DNA from: Octopus vulgaris
Lineage: Eukaryota
Reading direction: 5' to 3'
Assembly: GCA_951406725.2 (NCBI GenBank)
Contig: OX597816.1
Coordinates: 52,266,001 to 52,330,000 of the forward strand
Length of the DNA: 64,000 bases
Shown here: positions 1 to 11,400 of the stretch, in pieces
Layout of the letters: each line of letters begins with the position of its first letter
How positions within the stretch are numbered: the first letter of the stretch is position 1
Notes under the pieces: model-generated
What the model saw: the letters and a program-made list of their open reading frames with translations, nothing else
Told to the model about the DNA's origin: nothing
Databases searched by the model: none
Position numbers and translations under genes: made by a program

Positions 1-464
1 TAGAACGGACGGGTTGTAATTTAGGCGTTATTTTCTCGCGGGTAGAAAATTACGTAATACATTTCCTCTTTGACTCGAATATTGCATAAACGGTGCAGTT
101 GGCTGTACATCAGTCTGAGAATCACGATACGTCTCTCTATTCAATATGCATATTTTTGATGAGTGCATTCATAAAACAAAAAAGAAATAATAAAATGTAA
201 TTCAAATATAATTTCAAACACTCCAGACGTTATAAACGATCTTCATCAGTAATTATAATCGCGAGAATCTAGTGTAATTCGATTTTCAAAATGAATCTTA
301 AAAATTAAAATTCCATGACTTTGTGTGTATGTTTTGTGTTGTTTTAGATATTTTTTTTCATGAATTATTTCATTTCATCAATTTTCTGAAGTTTATTGAT
401 GTAATTCATGTTCTCTGCACTACATGACAACGCTCTCATCCTTCCCCTATACACTGTCAGTGTA

Positions 465-503
465 ATATATATATACGTACATACATATATATGTATGTAT
501 GTG

Positions 504-562
<59 letters not shown>

Positions 563-571
563 GTGTGTATG

Positions 572-636
<65 letters not shown>

Positions 637-975
637 CGTACATACATACGCACATTTATATATAAGTATAGACACACATGTTTGTGGGTATGTCTACGTA
701 TGTACATGTAAATGTGTGTGTGTGTCTGTGAGTTTGTTTGTATCTGTGTGTATGTATGTATGCATATGTATATACATATACATATATACATATATACATA
801 TATACATATGTATATATATATATATATGCACCCGCATAAGCACACATATACACACACTCATACTCACACACACACACACATGTGTGTGTGCCTGTTTTTT
901 CAGTTTGTATGTGTATGAGTATTTATGTATATGTATGTATGTATGTTTATACATATATATACATAAATGTATATC
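465..975. repeat. Compound (AT)n/(ATGT)n/(AC)n microsatellite
   Basis: Directly visible dinucleotide and tetranucleotide runs; they explain the YIYI/HTHT ORFs. Confidence 0.97.
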
Positions 976-1493
976 ACACTTTCCTATGATTACTTACTGT
1001 GATTACTTTTTGAATTTACGCAGGTATGTGTTTGATGCTTTATTTGACTTCTTGTCTCTTTCCATCTGAGCATATGTCTAAACAGATGACATATACGTGT
1101 GAACCAAAAGTACGTGGATATTACATCTGTGTGCGCATCTGTGCGGGTTTGTATGTGTATGTCTATGTGTCTCTCCCTGTGTGTGTGTGGCCTAGAATCA
1201 TTTCTCCATCTATTTCATATATATATAAACGTGTGTGTGTGTGTGTCTGTGTTGAGGCTATTTACTTATATGTATATATTTTATGTATCAAATCAACTTG
1301 TATTACTCCAAATTCACACACTGAAATCAAATGTGGTCACATTATCCATAGGTGTGTTTGTTTGCTTGCGTGTGTGTGTGTGGTTGTTTGTGTGTGTGTG
1401 TGTGTGTGTGTTTACTTATATATGTGCGTATGAATGAATAAACTTTTCTCTGCAACCGAGAAACAAGCGTGGTCAGTACATTAACGATTACAG

Positions 1494-1531
<38 letters not shown>

Positions 1532-1650
1532 ACACACATCTCGATAACTATACGGATAAAAGGATAGATAAACTGCTAAATGGACAGACATTGCAAGACG
1601 AAGGCTCATGTACTGGATCCTTATACAGAGATTTGCTAACCAAGTACATA

Positions 1651-2415
1651 GGCGCGGGAGTGGCTGTGTGGCAAGTAGCTTGCTTACCAACCACATGGTT
1701 CCGGGTTTAGTCCCACTGACTAGCATCTTGTGCAAGTGTCTTCTACTATAGCCTCGGTCTGACCAAAACCTTGTGAATGGATTCGGTAGACGGAAACTCA
1801 AAGAAGCCCGTCGTATATATGTATATGTCTGTGTGTCTGTGTTTGTACCCCACCCCTAACATGACTTAGTTAAGTTAGTTAAGTTAAGTTAATTTTTTGG
1901 CTCAAAAAGCAAAAAGCAAGGCCATGTAGGGGGACATGGAGTTATGTACAGGGAGAGTGTTCAGGCAAAGAGTTCAGGCCATTTCTGGTCATGAGAGACT
2001 TTGAACCGAGCGGTCGTCGGCATCTTCACTATCTCGTCCGGCAGCTTATTCCACGGTCCGCAACCCGGACGGAGAAATCCCCTCTCCTTCGATTGAGACG
2101 AAATCGTCGCAAATAGAGCTTTTCGGAGTGACCCCGCAGCCTACGCTCTGGAGCAGGAGTGAAAAACAGCTCTTTCAAGAGGTTACACTTTCCGCTTATG
2201 ATGTTGTGAGCAAGAATGAGATCACCACGGCGTCGTCGTTGACAATCGATGCTGGTGTGTTTACGTCCCCGTAACTTACCTGTTCGGCAAAAGAAACCGA
2301 TAGAATAAGTATTAGATTTACAAAGAATAAGTCCAGGGGTCGATTTGCTCGACTGAAGGTGGTGCTCCAGCATGGCTAGAGTCAAATGACTGAAACAAGT
2401 AAATGAGTAAAAGAG
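1651..2415 (+). mobile_element. tRNA-derived SINE family A, split by a CR1 fragment
   Basis: Head GGCGC.GGAGTGGCTGTGTGG...GGTT.AGTCCC (A/B-box-like), central microsatellite and tail CAGCATGGC...GACTGAAACAAGTAAA; more than 10 homologous copies in the window. Confidence 0.92.
1866..2238 (-). mobile_element. CR1-type LINE 3' fragment inserted in a SINE
   Basis: Minus-strand translation RRRRGDLILAHNII...LRGHSEKL...RRGDFSVRV..WNKLP is a CR1 ORF2 C-terminus; (TAACT)-like tail; SINE sequence resumes on both sides. Confidence 0.9.
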
Positions 2416-2589
2416 CATACGATATTCTTTTATCTTTTGCGTTTTTTTATTCTTATCAGCCATTTGACTGCGGTCACCTTGGGACAATAGTTTGAAGTGT
2501 TTAGTCTAACAAATCTGCACCCAGTACTAACACCAGTTGTCACTCAGTGATGGGGAAACGCACATGCACAAAGACACTCATACGTACAT

Positions 2590-3156
2590 CCATACATACA
2601 TACATACATACATGGTGGCTGCCCCCTCGTTATCGAGTATGGCCATTGCACGAAGCTTAATCAATGATGTTACCGCGCAATGCCTGTGCAAGAAGATTTT
2701 TTTTTAAAGTGAGGAAAGGCTGTGCACTAAGTCAATCCCACTCACTAAGCAACAGCAGCCATAATCCGAAAAGAAGAACAAGTCAACATTATCGGTAACC
2801 ACTGAACCGCAGGTTTTATGTCGGAGATATCCTAGTTACCTGAGTTATCTTCTCCTAGAAGGATGCCCTAACAAAGGCTAGGAGTCCTTCACTCCCAATG
2901 GTCTAACGGCGCGATCGGGTATTCAGTCCGATTATTTCTATGTACCCGCGCATGATACAGCCTTAAGACATTTATTGGATGGCCGTTGACTCTCAAGAGT
3001 TCCTCCGCCCTTTGACAGGTTTTGTTTTTCATCCCGCAGGGTGACCAATAAACACCCTCCTCACCAAGCAAGCTTGGTGGGGTTGCCGGTTTAGTCGCCG
3101 ACGACCCGACCATGCAACAGGTTGTACTGAGTTACATGTTACCAGTAGCACTCGAC
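2590..3156 (-). mobile_element. Non-autonomous RTE derivative (5'UTR fused to 3' tail)
   Basis: About 45 bp of 3' end identical to the RTE fragment at 3237-3282; (TATG)n tail; RTE-5'UTR-like motif TAGGGCA..TTCTAGGAGAAG; no ORF. Confidence 0.75.
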
Positions 3157-3470
3157 ATACATACATACATACATACATACATACATACATACATACATAC
3201 ATACATACATACATACATACATACATACATGCATTATGGCTGCCCCCTCGTTATCGAGTATGGCCATTGCACGAAGCTTAACTGTTACTGGTGCTGTGAT
3301 CGAATGTGACTTTTTAGCCCAGCTAAAGATCTACAATATCTTGTACAAAATTGGCAACTAAGACCTTTACCGGTAATAGCCGGCTGTAGTTGTAACTGGG
3401 CTTCATGTACCTTTGCATGTCGTTTAAGTCCTGCCGAATTACACCCTCTTCCACATGCCCGGCAGATATG
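3157..3470 (-). mobile_element. RTE LINE 3' end with C2H2 zinc fingers and (TATG)n tail
   Basis: CRACGRGCNSAGLKRHAKVH...CQFCTRYCRSLAGLKSHIRSQH*, short 3'UTR, then a microsatellite tail. Confidence 0.85.
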
Positions 3471-3838
3471 TATGTATGTAAAAATGTGTATGTTCGCCTT
3501 TTTACATACATATATACATACATACATACATACATACATACATACATACATACATACATACATACATACATACATACATACATACATACATACACCAATC
3601 TTGAGAAATTAAGCTTCTCAAAACCAGGAGGGAGGAAGCTGGTTCGGATACTACAGATCCAAGCCATCACTGGAACTGTAAAAGTCTGTAACACTTTCCA
3701 GAAATTTATCATTTAAGTATATATGAGCATGTCTAGATATGCAAGTATACGTATGAGAAAACATACATGAAACAAAACATACAAATCTGCACCATACCTA
3801 CAAACATACGAACATGCATACACACATACAAACATACA

Positions 3839-3975
3839 TACGAGGTCTGATCAATAAGTATCCGGACTGTTGCCATAGTAATGAAGCTAAATCACGCAGA
3901 GTTAAGTCGCTTGGCAAAGCCTGACCTTAAACTCTGCCGTACACGCACTTTAAGTTTTAACGTTCTAGCTCACGT
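3839..3975. mobile_element. Mariner-like terminal fragment (one TIR)
   Basis: TA-CGAGGTCTGATCAATAAGTATCCGGAC resembles a mariner TIR; no partner end found. Confidence 0.5.
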
Positions 3976-4812
3976 TAAGTTTTAACGTTTTATTTCACAC
4001 ACTTCACACGTTCCTTCCAAGCAATGCTGTAAACAGCGGAAGTTTTCAGGTGAGTAACTATTAACCTGTTCTTCACTCATTTTTGTGGGTGCCCTAGAAT
4101 GATGCTAAACAACAAGATGAACAGAGGCTATGCGACGCAGGTTCGCTTTCCAGTAGAGCCGAGTTTCATAACACCATATTTTCGTATGCACGATTTTACG
4201 GTTGTATTTAACAACACCCGGATAAGAACGAGATTCATTCTAACAGACTTTCAATCGATATGACACAAAGAATAAATCTTCGGTTGTGATTACTCCACAC
4301 ATTAAACGAAATAGGATATTTTCATTCCATTTGCAACTCTATAATGACATTACTGTTTATTGTAATTTCACAGTGTCTTCTCACAGCTAATTACGATGCT
4401 AATTAGAATGTAAATATTCATTACGTTCGGATGTGGGTAGGTGGGGGTTTACGTGTGTGTAGGCGGGTGCGGCATGGAGTTCGTGCGTGCATGTGTATGC
4501 GTGTGTGTATATGTGTGTGTATGTATGTTTGTGTGTGTGTGTGTGTGTATTTAACGGTGTGAGATTAAATTCTTTTGGAGTATTTCAAAGAAATATTTAC
4601 TGCATTTAAATTAATTTTTAAATATTCATTGACTTGGGTGCTGATTTGGAAATTGATGGGAAAATATTTATCAAGTTGTTGTGTTTCCCAACATCGCATG
4701 GGAAATGAATTATTCTTAGTAACCATATGGAAATAAGATCAAGTCGTAGTGGTTGATGGTGCACGTTTAATCATGGCTGCCCTTCTGCTTAATGAACGTT
4801 ACTTGACATGTT

Positions 4813-5035
4813 GTAGCGCTCATACATGCTGTCTGTCTGTCTGTCGTCTCCCCCCTCTCTCTCACACACACATACACATCTATACTACACATCTACACCC
4901 CACCCCGCAAACATATACACACATATCAACGTACACAATTCACACACACAAAAACACACTTACAAGACCCTAGCGCTCATACATGCTATCTATCTGTCTC
5001 TGTCACTTTCTCTGTCTCTCTCTCTCTCTCTCTCA

Positions 5036-5070
<35 letters not shown>

Positions 5071-5170
5071 CTACACACACACCCGCAAACATATACACAC
5101 ATACCAACGTACACAATTCACACACACAAAAACACACTTACATACACGTCCCTAGCACTCATACATGCTA

Positions 5171-5222
<52 letters not shown>

Positions 5223-5303
5223 CTACACACACCCCCGCAAACATATACACATATATCAACGTACACAATTCGCACACACAAAAACACACTTACATACAAG
5301 ACC
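4813..5303. repeat. Three tandem 150-180 bp microsatellite-rich units
   Basis: Unit start TAGC(G/A)CTCATACATGCT at 4813, 4971 and 5152; shared CCCGCAAACATATACAC...ACACTTACA. Confidence 0.9.
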
Positions 5304-6396
5304 CTACACATACACGCCCATACACACACACATACAACTTTGATACAAACAAATACACACGCATACATTCACACATACACACGTCCATACAAACATAGAC
5401 ACATTCACATACAGACACACATACATACATACATACATGCTCACACTAAATGCCACACAAACCAAAACTGACTTACACATGCATACATGCGCGGCGCGCA
5501 CATGAAGTCAGCACCCGGGTCGGATGCACCGATAAAGGAGACACTCGCCATTGTTGTAGTGTAGCCGTAGCTGGGCCACGTTGATCTGACCCATATTCTC
5601 TATACAAACAGAAGCAAGGTGAAATCAAGCACAGTTCTGTTCAGAAACACAATGGAATACAACAATTCCATTAAACTAATAATCCATGGGACTTAAGAAG
5701 GACATTTTGTACAGTCACTGTTAGAAATAATATTCAAATCTTCCCGTGATCACACCTTAGCATCGTAAAAGAAAAATGAAGAACCGACTGGATAATGTGG
5801 CCCGAGATGAACGAGGTGGATAATGAATGGAATATTTTGATCAAATCTAAATGCCCCACAAGAGGATTGATTCACAAGGTATTGATCGGATTTGGGTTGT
5901 AGCTAGTAACATTTTCCCATGGTGGTGCGCAATGAAACTTAACTAGAAATCACATGAATGGGAAGCGTACTTCTTGACCGACAACCGTGCGAACGCATGA
6001 TTTCTTTTTTTTTTCTTTTCTTTTTCCTCTGTTTAATTAAGGTGGGGGTGGTCAGCGCCCGTGACTCTTTATCATTTACTGGCGTTTTGTGACTATTGAT
6101 TGAAAGAAGGGCGTTCTTTAGAGTAGAGACTTCGTTCAAATGCTTGCAACAGAATGAACTCTACTACTGAGACCCGTAGACCAACCATACAGCAGGAGAA
6201 AGTCTGGCTATGGATTAAATATTCTACTAAAGAGCTTCAACAACAGAGAACCGAAACATATATCGTAAAGGCATCTTGATACCTGTAACAACTATAAATT
6301 AAACAATGCATGAGTTAAATCTCTTGGCAAACAAAGATCGCGATGTTGCTTCGTTCACAACTCCTTCTTTCTATAGCTTCTATATACTTTAAGACT

Positions 6397-6972
6397 TTTT
6401 TTCTTTTACTTTTATTTGTTTCAGTCATTTGACTACGGCCATGCTGGAGCACCGCCTTTAGTCGAGCAACTCGACCCCAGGACTTATTCTTTGTAAGCCT
6501 AGTACTTATTCTATCGGTCTCTTTTGCCGAACCGCTAAGTGACTGGGTCGTAAACACACCAGCATCGGTTGTCAAGCGATGTTGGGGATGACAAACACAC
6601 ACACACACACACATATGTGTATATAAATATATATATATGTATATATTGGCAGGGCTGGCCTGCTAGGTAGCCGGCCAGAATGCTAGAAAAAGATCATCAA
6701 CGATCAAACTACAAGGGAAATTCTCTAGAGGAAGAATTCAGCGAACACCAGAACCAAATTTGGCGGGCAGGACATATGAAAAATTAAATAAAAAACAGAC
6801 TTAAATGCATACCTCGGTTTCGGTCTTAACAAAAGAATTACTTGCATAATTCAAGTGTCCGTGACTTCTTCAGTACATTCGGTCCTCGAGATGCAAACCG
6901 CAAGACTAACCCCAGCTCTCTGTGTCAAGACAGACACGTGCTTAGTCTTACTGATTACATCGGGAATAAACC

Positions 6973-7010
<38 letters not shown>

Positions 7011-7171
7011 GACGGGCTTCTTTCAGTTTTCCGTCTACCAAATCCACTCACAAGGTATTGGTCGGCCCGAGGCTATAGTAGAAGACACTTGCCCAAGGTG
7101 CCACGCAGTGGGACTGAACCCGGAACCATGTGGTTGGTAAACAAGCTACGTAGCACACAGCCACTCCTGCG
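6397..7171 (-). mobile_element. SINE family A with a nested insert in its (TA)n core
   Basis: Tail at 6397-6600 and head at 7010-7171; foreign sequence of about 330 bp between (TA)n runs. Confidence 0.92.
6804..6879 (-). ncRNA. Type I hammerhead ribozyme motif (PLE-type) within insert 6645-6978
   Basis: Minus strand: AATGTA-CTGAAGA-A-GTC..(hairpin-containing loop)..GAC-C-GAAAC-CGAG-GTA-TGCATT; 6-bp stem I, intact core, GUA triplet. Confidence 0.75.
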
Positions 7172-7297
7172 CATAAAAGTTTTATTGTAAACAAAAAAAT
7201 TTTCATATTTTGACTACTCGTTATATGCAAAAGAAATGCAATTTTTTTTTTGTTTCCGCTATCCTTCCAAATTACTACTTACTATTCGCTATACAAA

Positions 7298-7700
7298 GGT
7301 GGCGAGCTGGCAGAACTGCAAGCGTATCGGATTTTTATGTTCTGAGTTCAAATTCCTTTGAGGTTGACATTGCCCTTCATTCCCATGTGGTCGATAAAGT
7401 AGGATCTAGTTGAGCACAGGGTCGATAGATTCTACTTACCCTAACTCCCCAAATTTCTGGCATTGTACCAAAATTTGAATCCAATATACATGCAATAGTT
7501 TTTGGTCCCCATCCAAACCATTACTATTATCTGTTTGCGTGTCGGCTCTTTACGTCCTGGGTTCAAATTCTGCCGAGGTTGATTTTGACTTTCACCCTTT
7601 CAGGGTCAATAAAATAACTCAGTTGAACACAGCGTTCGACAAAATTGATTTAACTCTTCCTTTAAATTTGTTGGCTTTGTGAGAAAATTTGAAACCATTG
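7298..7700 (+). mobile_element. Two decayed SINE family B-related copies
   Basis: GGCGAGCTGGCAGAA head, TTCTGAGTTCAAATT B-box, CCTTTCA.CC...GGTC.ATAAA core. Confidence 0.75.
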
Positions 7701-7816
7701 TTCCTCTACGCGGTGAGTTGGTGAAACCCTTATCTCATTGAGTAGAATGCTTTACAGTGTTCGTCCTGTACATTATTTACAATTGACGGATATTTGTCCT
7801 CATCTTGTTTGTTGTT

Positions 7817-7862
7817 GATACAACGTTTCGGTTGATATTCCCTCCAGCCTTCATCAGGTTTC
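7817..7862 (-). ncRNA. Minimal hammerhead ribozyme motif
   Basis: GAAAC-CTGATGA-A-GGCTGG..TCAACC-GAAAC-GTT-GTATC; loopless palindromic stem III (AACGTT). Confidence 0.75.
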
Positions 7863-7930
7863 TCGGGGAAATTTCGAACCTGGGTTCTCATTCCTAAGGT
7901 ATTTTTCAATGTTGCTGTTATTATTATTCA

Positions 7931-8003
7931 GGTCACTACTTGGAATCGAACTCGGAATCTTGGGGCTAGTAGCCCGCGCAATTAACCACTACGCCACATG
8001 CCC
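7931..8003 (-). promoter_or_regulatory. tRNA-like Pol III cassette inside the PLE 3' region
   Basis: A box TGGCGTAGTGG, hairpin GGGC-TACTA-GCCC, B box GAGTTCGATTCC; not a clean cloverleaf. Confidence 0.7.
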
Positions 8004-8264
8004 GTTGGCAATTATGGAGTGAATTTTAGGGATTATAAATCTAATATTCTCATATCCTTCCTTAATACCGGTTCCCATATGCTACTCATATATGCACTCC
8101 GTCTGCTTAGGAGGTTGTTGTGTCCTAGCATATATGCTGCTTCTTTTAGTTTTCGTATTTTCCAGTGGTGTTCTCTGTCTATTTTTTTTAACTTCATCCC
8201 ACAGGGAGGGGGGGTCTCCCATTTTCCAACGATTCCGCCAGCTCGCTGCATTAGCAGGAATTTG

Positions 8265-8476
8265 ATAATGGTTTCAAATTTTGGCAGAAGGCCAGAAAAT
8301 TTAGGAGAGGGTATAAGTCGATTTCATCGATTCCAATGTTTAACTAGTACTTATTTTATTGAAAAAAAAAGAAAGAAAACAGAAAGTTAACCTCGGTGAT
8401 ATTTGAACTCAAAACGTAAAGTTGAGCAAAGTTCTGCTAAGCATTTTGCCCGGCGTACTAACGATTCCGCCAGCCG
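8265..8476 (-). mobile_element. Decayed SINE family B-related copy
   Basis: AATTTGAACTC, CTAAGCATTTTGCCCGGCGTACTAACGATTC match the family B reverse complement. Confidence 0.75.
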
Positions 8477-9159
8477 GATCGCTCCTTTTGGGAATTGGAT
8501 AATAAGAATAAAATTAGTTTATTAAATCGTTCTGATTTTTATGTTTCCCCATTCATTAGGCTCTATAATTTAAAGAACAGTGAAATGAAGAATATAAAAA
8601 TTGAATTATTTTTTGAATTTGTCTTCCGTTATAAATATGTGTATATGTGATACGCGTGTCCGTGTGAGGCTGTGTGCAGGCGTATATATTCGCTAGAATT
8701 TATGTACTTTTGTGTGCTGCTGTGTGGGTCTAAATATACACGTGTTGGGTGTGATAGCTGCATGCAACAACTATTTCCCTAATGATTTATTTTTCTGATG
8801 TTTGCTAATATTTGGAAAATAAACAATTTGGTATTGGTTCATAAATTTATTCTAAATTTGGAGCAGTGAGACGATTTACAATAGAATTATTTCAGTGAAT
8901 CACATGATATTTTAGATTTTTTTTTTAATTTTCTGTCCTTTCTTTATCTAGTTTTTCGAAATTAGGTTGTATGTATTTATATAGATATGTACGTGTGTGT
9001 GTGTATGCATACAATACACACGTACATACACCCTCTAATACGCATATCAACACATAGAGATACGCACGCACCTGAATATATATACAGAGTGTCTGGGCTA
9101 AATTTGATGGTTTGTATATGATGTATCGCAGGTTCGAACGGCGTACCTTCGCCGAACGT

Positions 9160-10015
9160 ATTTCTTTATTTGCCTATAGGGGGATACATAGAGGGTACAG
9201 AACAAGGACATTCACAACACAGGGCTGGGGTTACAAACATGATAAAAATTGATTAAAATCGGTTTGCTGAAATCGACGGTTTGAAATCGAAAAAGTGAAA
9301 TACGAATGAAAATGTTCAAAAGTTAAATTATCATAATAATTCGGGTTTTAATTTCTCATTTTTCCTTTAATTTCATTATAATTACCATATTTTTGTCTTT
9401 CTTTTTCGTTCTTTTTCGCCTTGACCGGCTACACTAGCACAGCCCCATTCAATCTTAGCATTTTTACAGCAGTTATCCATCTTTTCTAGAATACTCTTTG
9501 AGACAGACACTTTTTCTCGAGACTGATCTTCCTTGTCAGGTGGTAGTTAAAATGACTCACCATACTGCGTCCAGAGATAAAGTTAACAGTCTCCACATAT
9601 GCCGTCGCTCCTCTACCGTAACAAAGATCACGTGGGTCTCCCCCCCATAGTCCCCAACCTCCGCGGCAGTACCTCAAGAGCCAATATATACAGGAGCGGG
9701 GACAAGGGGAAGCCCTGGCGAACTGAACACTCAATCGCGAACGGCTTCGAGAAGAAACCATTCACCCGGACAACTCATTCGATGTCGCTATACATGGCAT
9801 TGATCCAGATACGGAAAGTCGGGCCCAGTCCGACCGCTGCCAGAAGCCGATGGTCAACTTTATCGAATGCCTTTGACTGGCCTAAATTCACCAGTGACCC
9901 CACCCTTGCCAGGAACTTTACTAAGTGCCGAAGACGAACAAAGTTACTGGCTGTGCGAGTACACTATTTATTTGTAGTGAATCAGCCCACTTCTCGTCTG
10001 GGGGCGTCCACCACA
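9160..10015 (-). mobile_element. L1/Tx1-clade LINE fragment, internally deleted
   Basis: RT motifs QSKAFDKVDH and SVRQGFPLSPLLYILALE, then TAY fused to C-terminal FISGRSMVSHFNYHL; 3' tail ...AATAAAGAAA. Confidence 0.85.
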
Positions 10016-10706
10016 ACAGCATAAAAGGAAAATAAAACAGAATATCCCATCCAATAATGAAGTATTTTTTAAATTAAAAATCAAGACAAAAATCCACTTG
10101 ATTATGGCTGAAAGATAGCACTTAGCCGACCCTAGCTTCCACCACGATCCTGGCATATGCGTTCCTCACTGTGTCTCTGTGAAGATCTCTGAACATCGCC
10201 TTCGCCACCAATCTAGTCATGGTGTTGCAGGAAAAACGATTGGTATCTTTCTCTACCTCATCCCACAAACATAGTGATCCAGGGGATTGCAATCGCGGTA
10301 ATTAGGAGGCTAAAAAAATAGAGTTGGTGAAGTCCTAGAAATTCTCTGACAACCACTTCTGACATTTTCCAGAGAAATGGTTTGGAGCAGAATCTTGCAG
10401 CCACACAATATGGCCTTTCATCAGCAATCATCTCCAGCCAAGATTTGCTCATAAGTCACCAGCAGCTTCACATAGCCATCGAAATTGAACCTAAGGCCCT
10501 GAGCAAAACCATGGGGCAGAATGTTACCCTAACTGAAGACACACTCGAAGATTATCACAGTTTTTGAGCAACTCGGTTTTCATAACGTGCATTTCACATT
10601 TTACAGTTTTTATAGTGTACATAGGACGTTGAGCAGCAGTATCAAAATGTCGACATTTTGATACCCAGTGCGAATCAACATGATACCGGTAATTCTTCTC
10701 CAATAT

Positions 10707-10940
10707 ATAGGCGGCGAGCTGGCAGAGCCGTTAGCACGCCGGGCGAAATACTTAGTGGTATTTCGTCTGTCGTTACGTTCTGAGTTCAAATTCCGCCGAG
10801 GTCGACTTTGCCTTTCATCCTTTCGGGGTCGATAAATAAAGTACCAGTTTCGAACTGGGGTCGATGTAATCGACTTAATACCTATGTCTGTCCTTGTTTG
10901 TCCCCTCTATGTTTAGCCCGTTGTGGGTAATAAAGAAATA
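10707..10940 (+). mobile_element. SINE family B, full length with 19-bp TSD
   Basis: TSD GGTAATTCTTCTCCAATAT at 10688-10706 and 10941-10959; A/B-box head. Confidence 0.95.
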
Positions 10941-11143
10941 GGTAATTCTTCTCCAATATTTAGATGGCTTCCAGTCCGCCATGCCAGCTATTTTTTTCTC
11001 AACTACAACTTTAGTCATTATGCTCTCCAGCGCTGTTGACTGTTCACCAATGCATCAAGCTGAGCCATTTCTAAAAAAAAAAAGACGTAAAGAAATCGTC
11101 AAATTTAGAACAAACACCATTATATGTACTCATATTAGTATAC

Positions 11144-11400
11144 GGTGAGGCGCGTGGCTTAGTGATTAGGGTGTCAGCATCATGATCGTAAGATTATGGC
11201 TTCGATTCCTGGACCGGGCGACGCGTTGTGTTCTTGAGCAAAACACTTCATTTCACGTTGCTCCAGTCCACTCAGCTGGCAAAAATGAGTAACGCTGCGA
11301 CGGACTGGCGTCCCGTACAGATGGGGAACACATATGGCATTGAAACCGGGAAACCGGGCTCATGAGCCTGGCTAGGCTTTAAAAGGGTGCATTTATTATT
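11144..11400 (+). mobile_element. tRNA-derived SINE family D (tail 1) with 12-bp TSD
   Basis: TGGCTTAGTG / TTCGATTCC boxes; TSD ATATTAGTATAC at 11132-11143 and 11401-11412. Confidence 0.93.

Larger units (their letters stand above)
7783..8195 (-). mobile_element. Penelope-like element 3' fragment (GIY-YIG C-terminus, tRNA-like cassette, hammerhead)
   Basis: KKIDREHHWKIRKLKEAAYM...IWEPVLRK* resembles PLE endonuclease ends; hammerhead in the 3' region. Confidence 0.8.
9085..11120 (-). mobile_element. maT (DD37D) Tc1/mariner relic with nested LINE and SINE
   Basis: Imperfect TIRs (CAG.GTGT.TG.GCTAAATTTGA); decayed transposase with QDSAP and PPN..DCNPLD.YVW-like motifs; homologous to 26572-27404. 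Confidence 0.75.

Noticed and set aside
198-256. Minus-strand CTGATGA...GAAAT hammerhead candidate
   Set aside because: The stems are AT-only and irregular; compatible with chance in AT-rich DNA.
365-1539. Many ORFs rich in YI/HT/CV (also 4749-5501, 45811-46565, 52153-52843)
   Set aside because: Translations of microsatellites that lack stop codons.
3285-3470. C2H2 zinc-finger host gene exon
   Set aside because: It is followed directly by a retroelement 3'UTR and (TATG)n tail shared with the neighbouring element, as expected for an RTE ORF end.
7931-8003. Genuine tRNA gene (also the SINE heads at 11144, 33530 and 53440)
   Set aside because: A and B boxes are present, but there is no proper acceptor stem and they are embedded in repeats.
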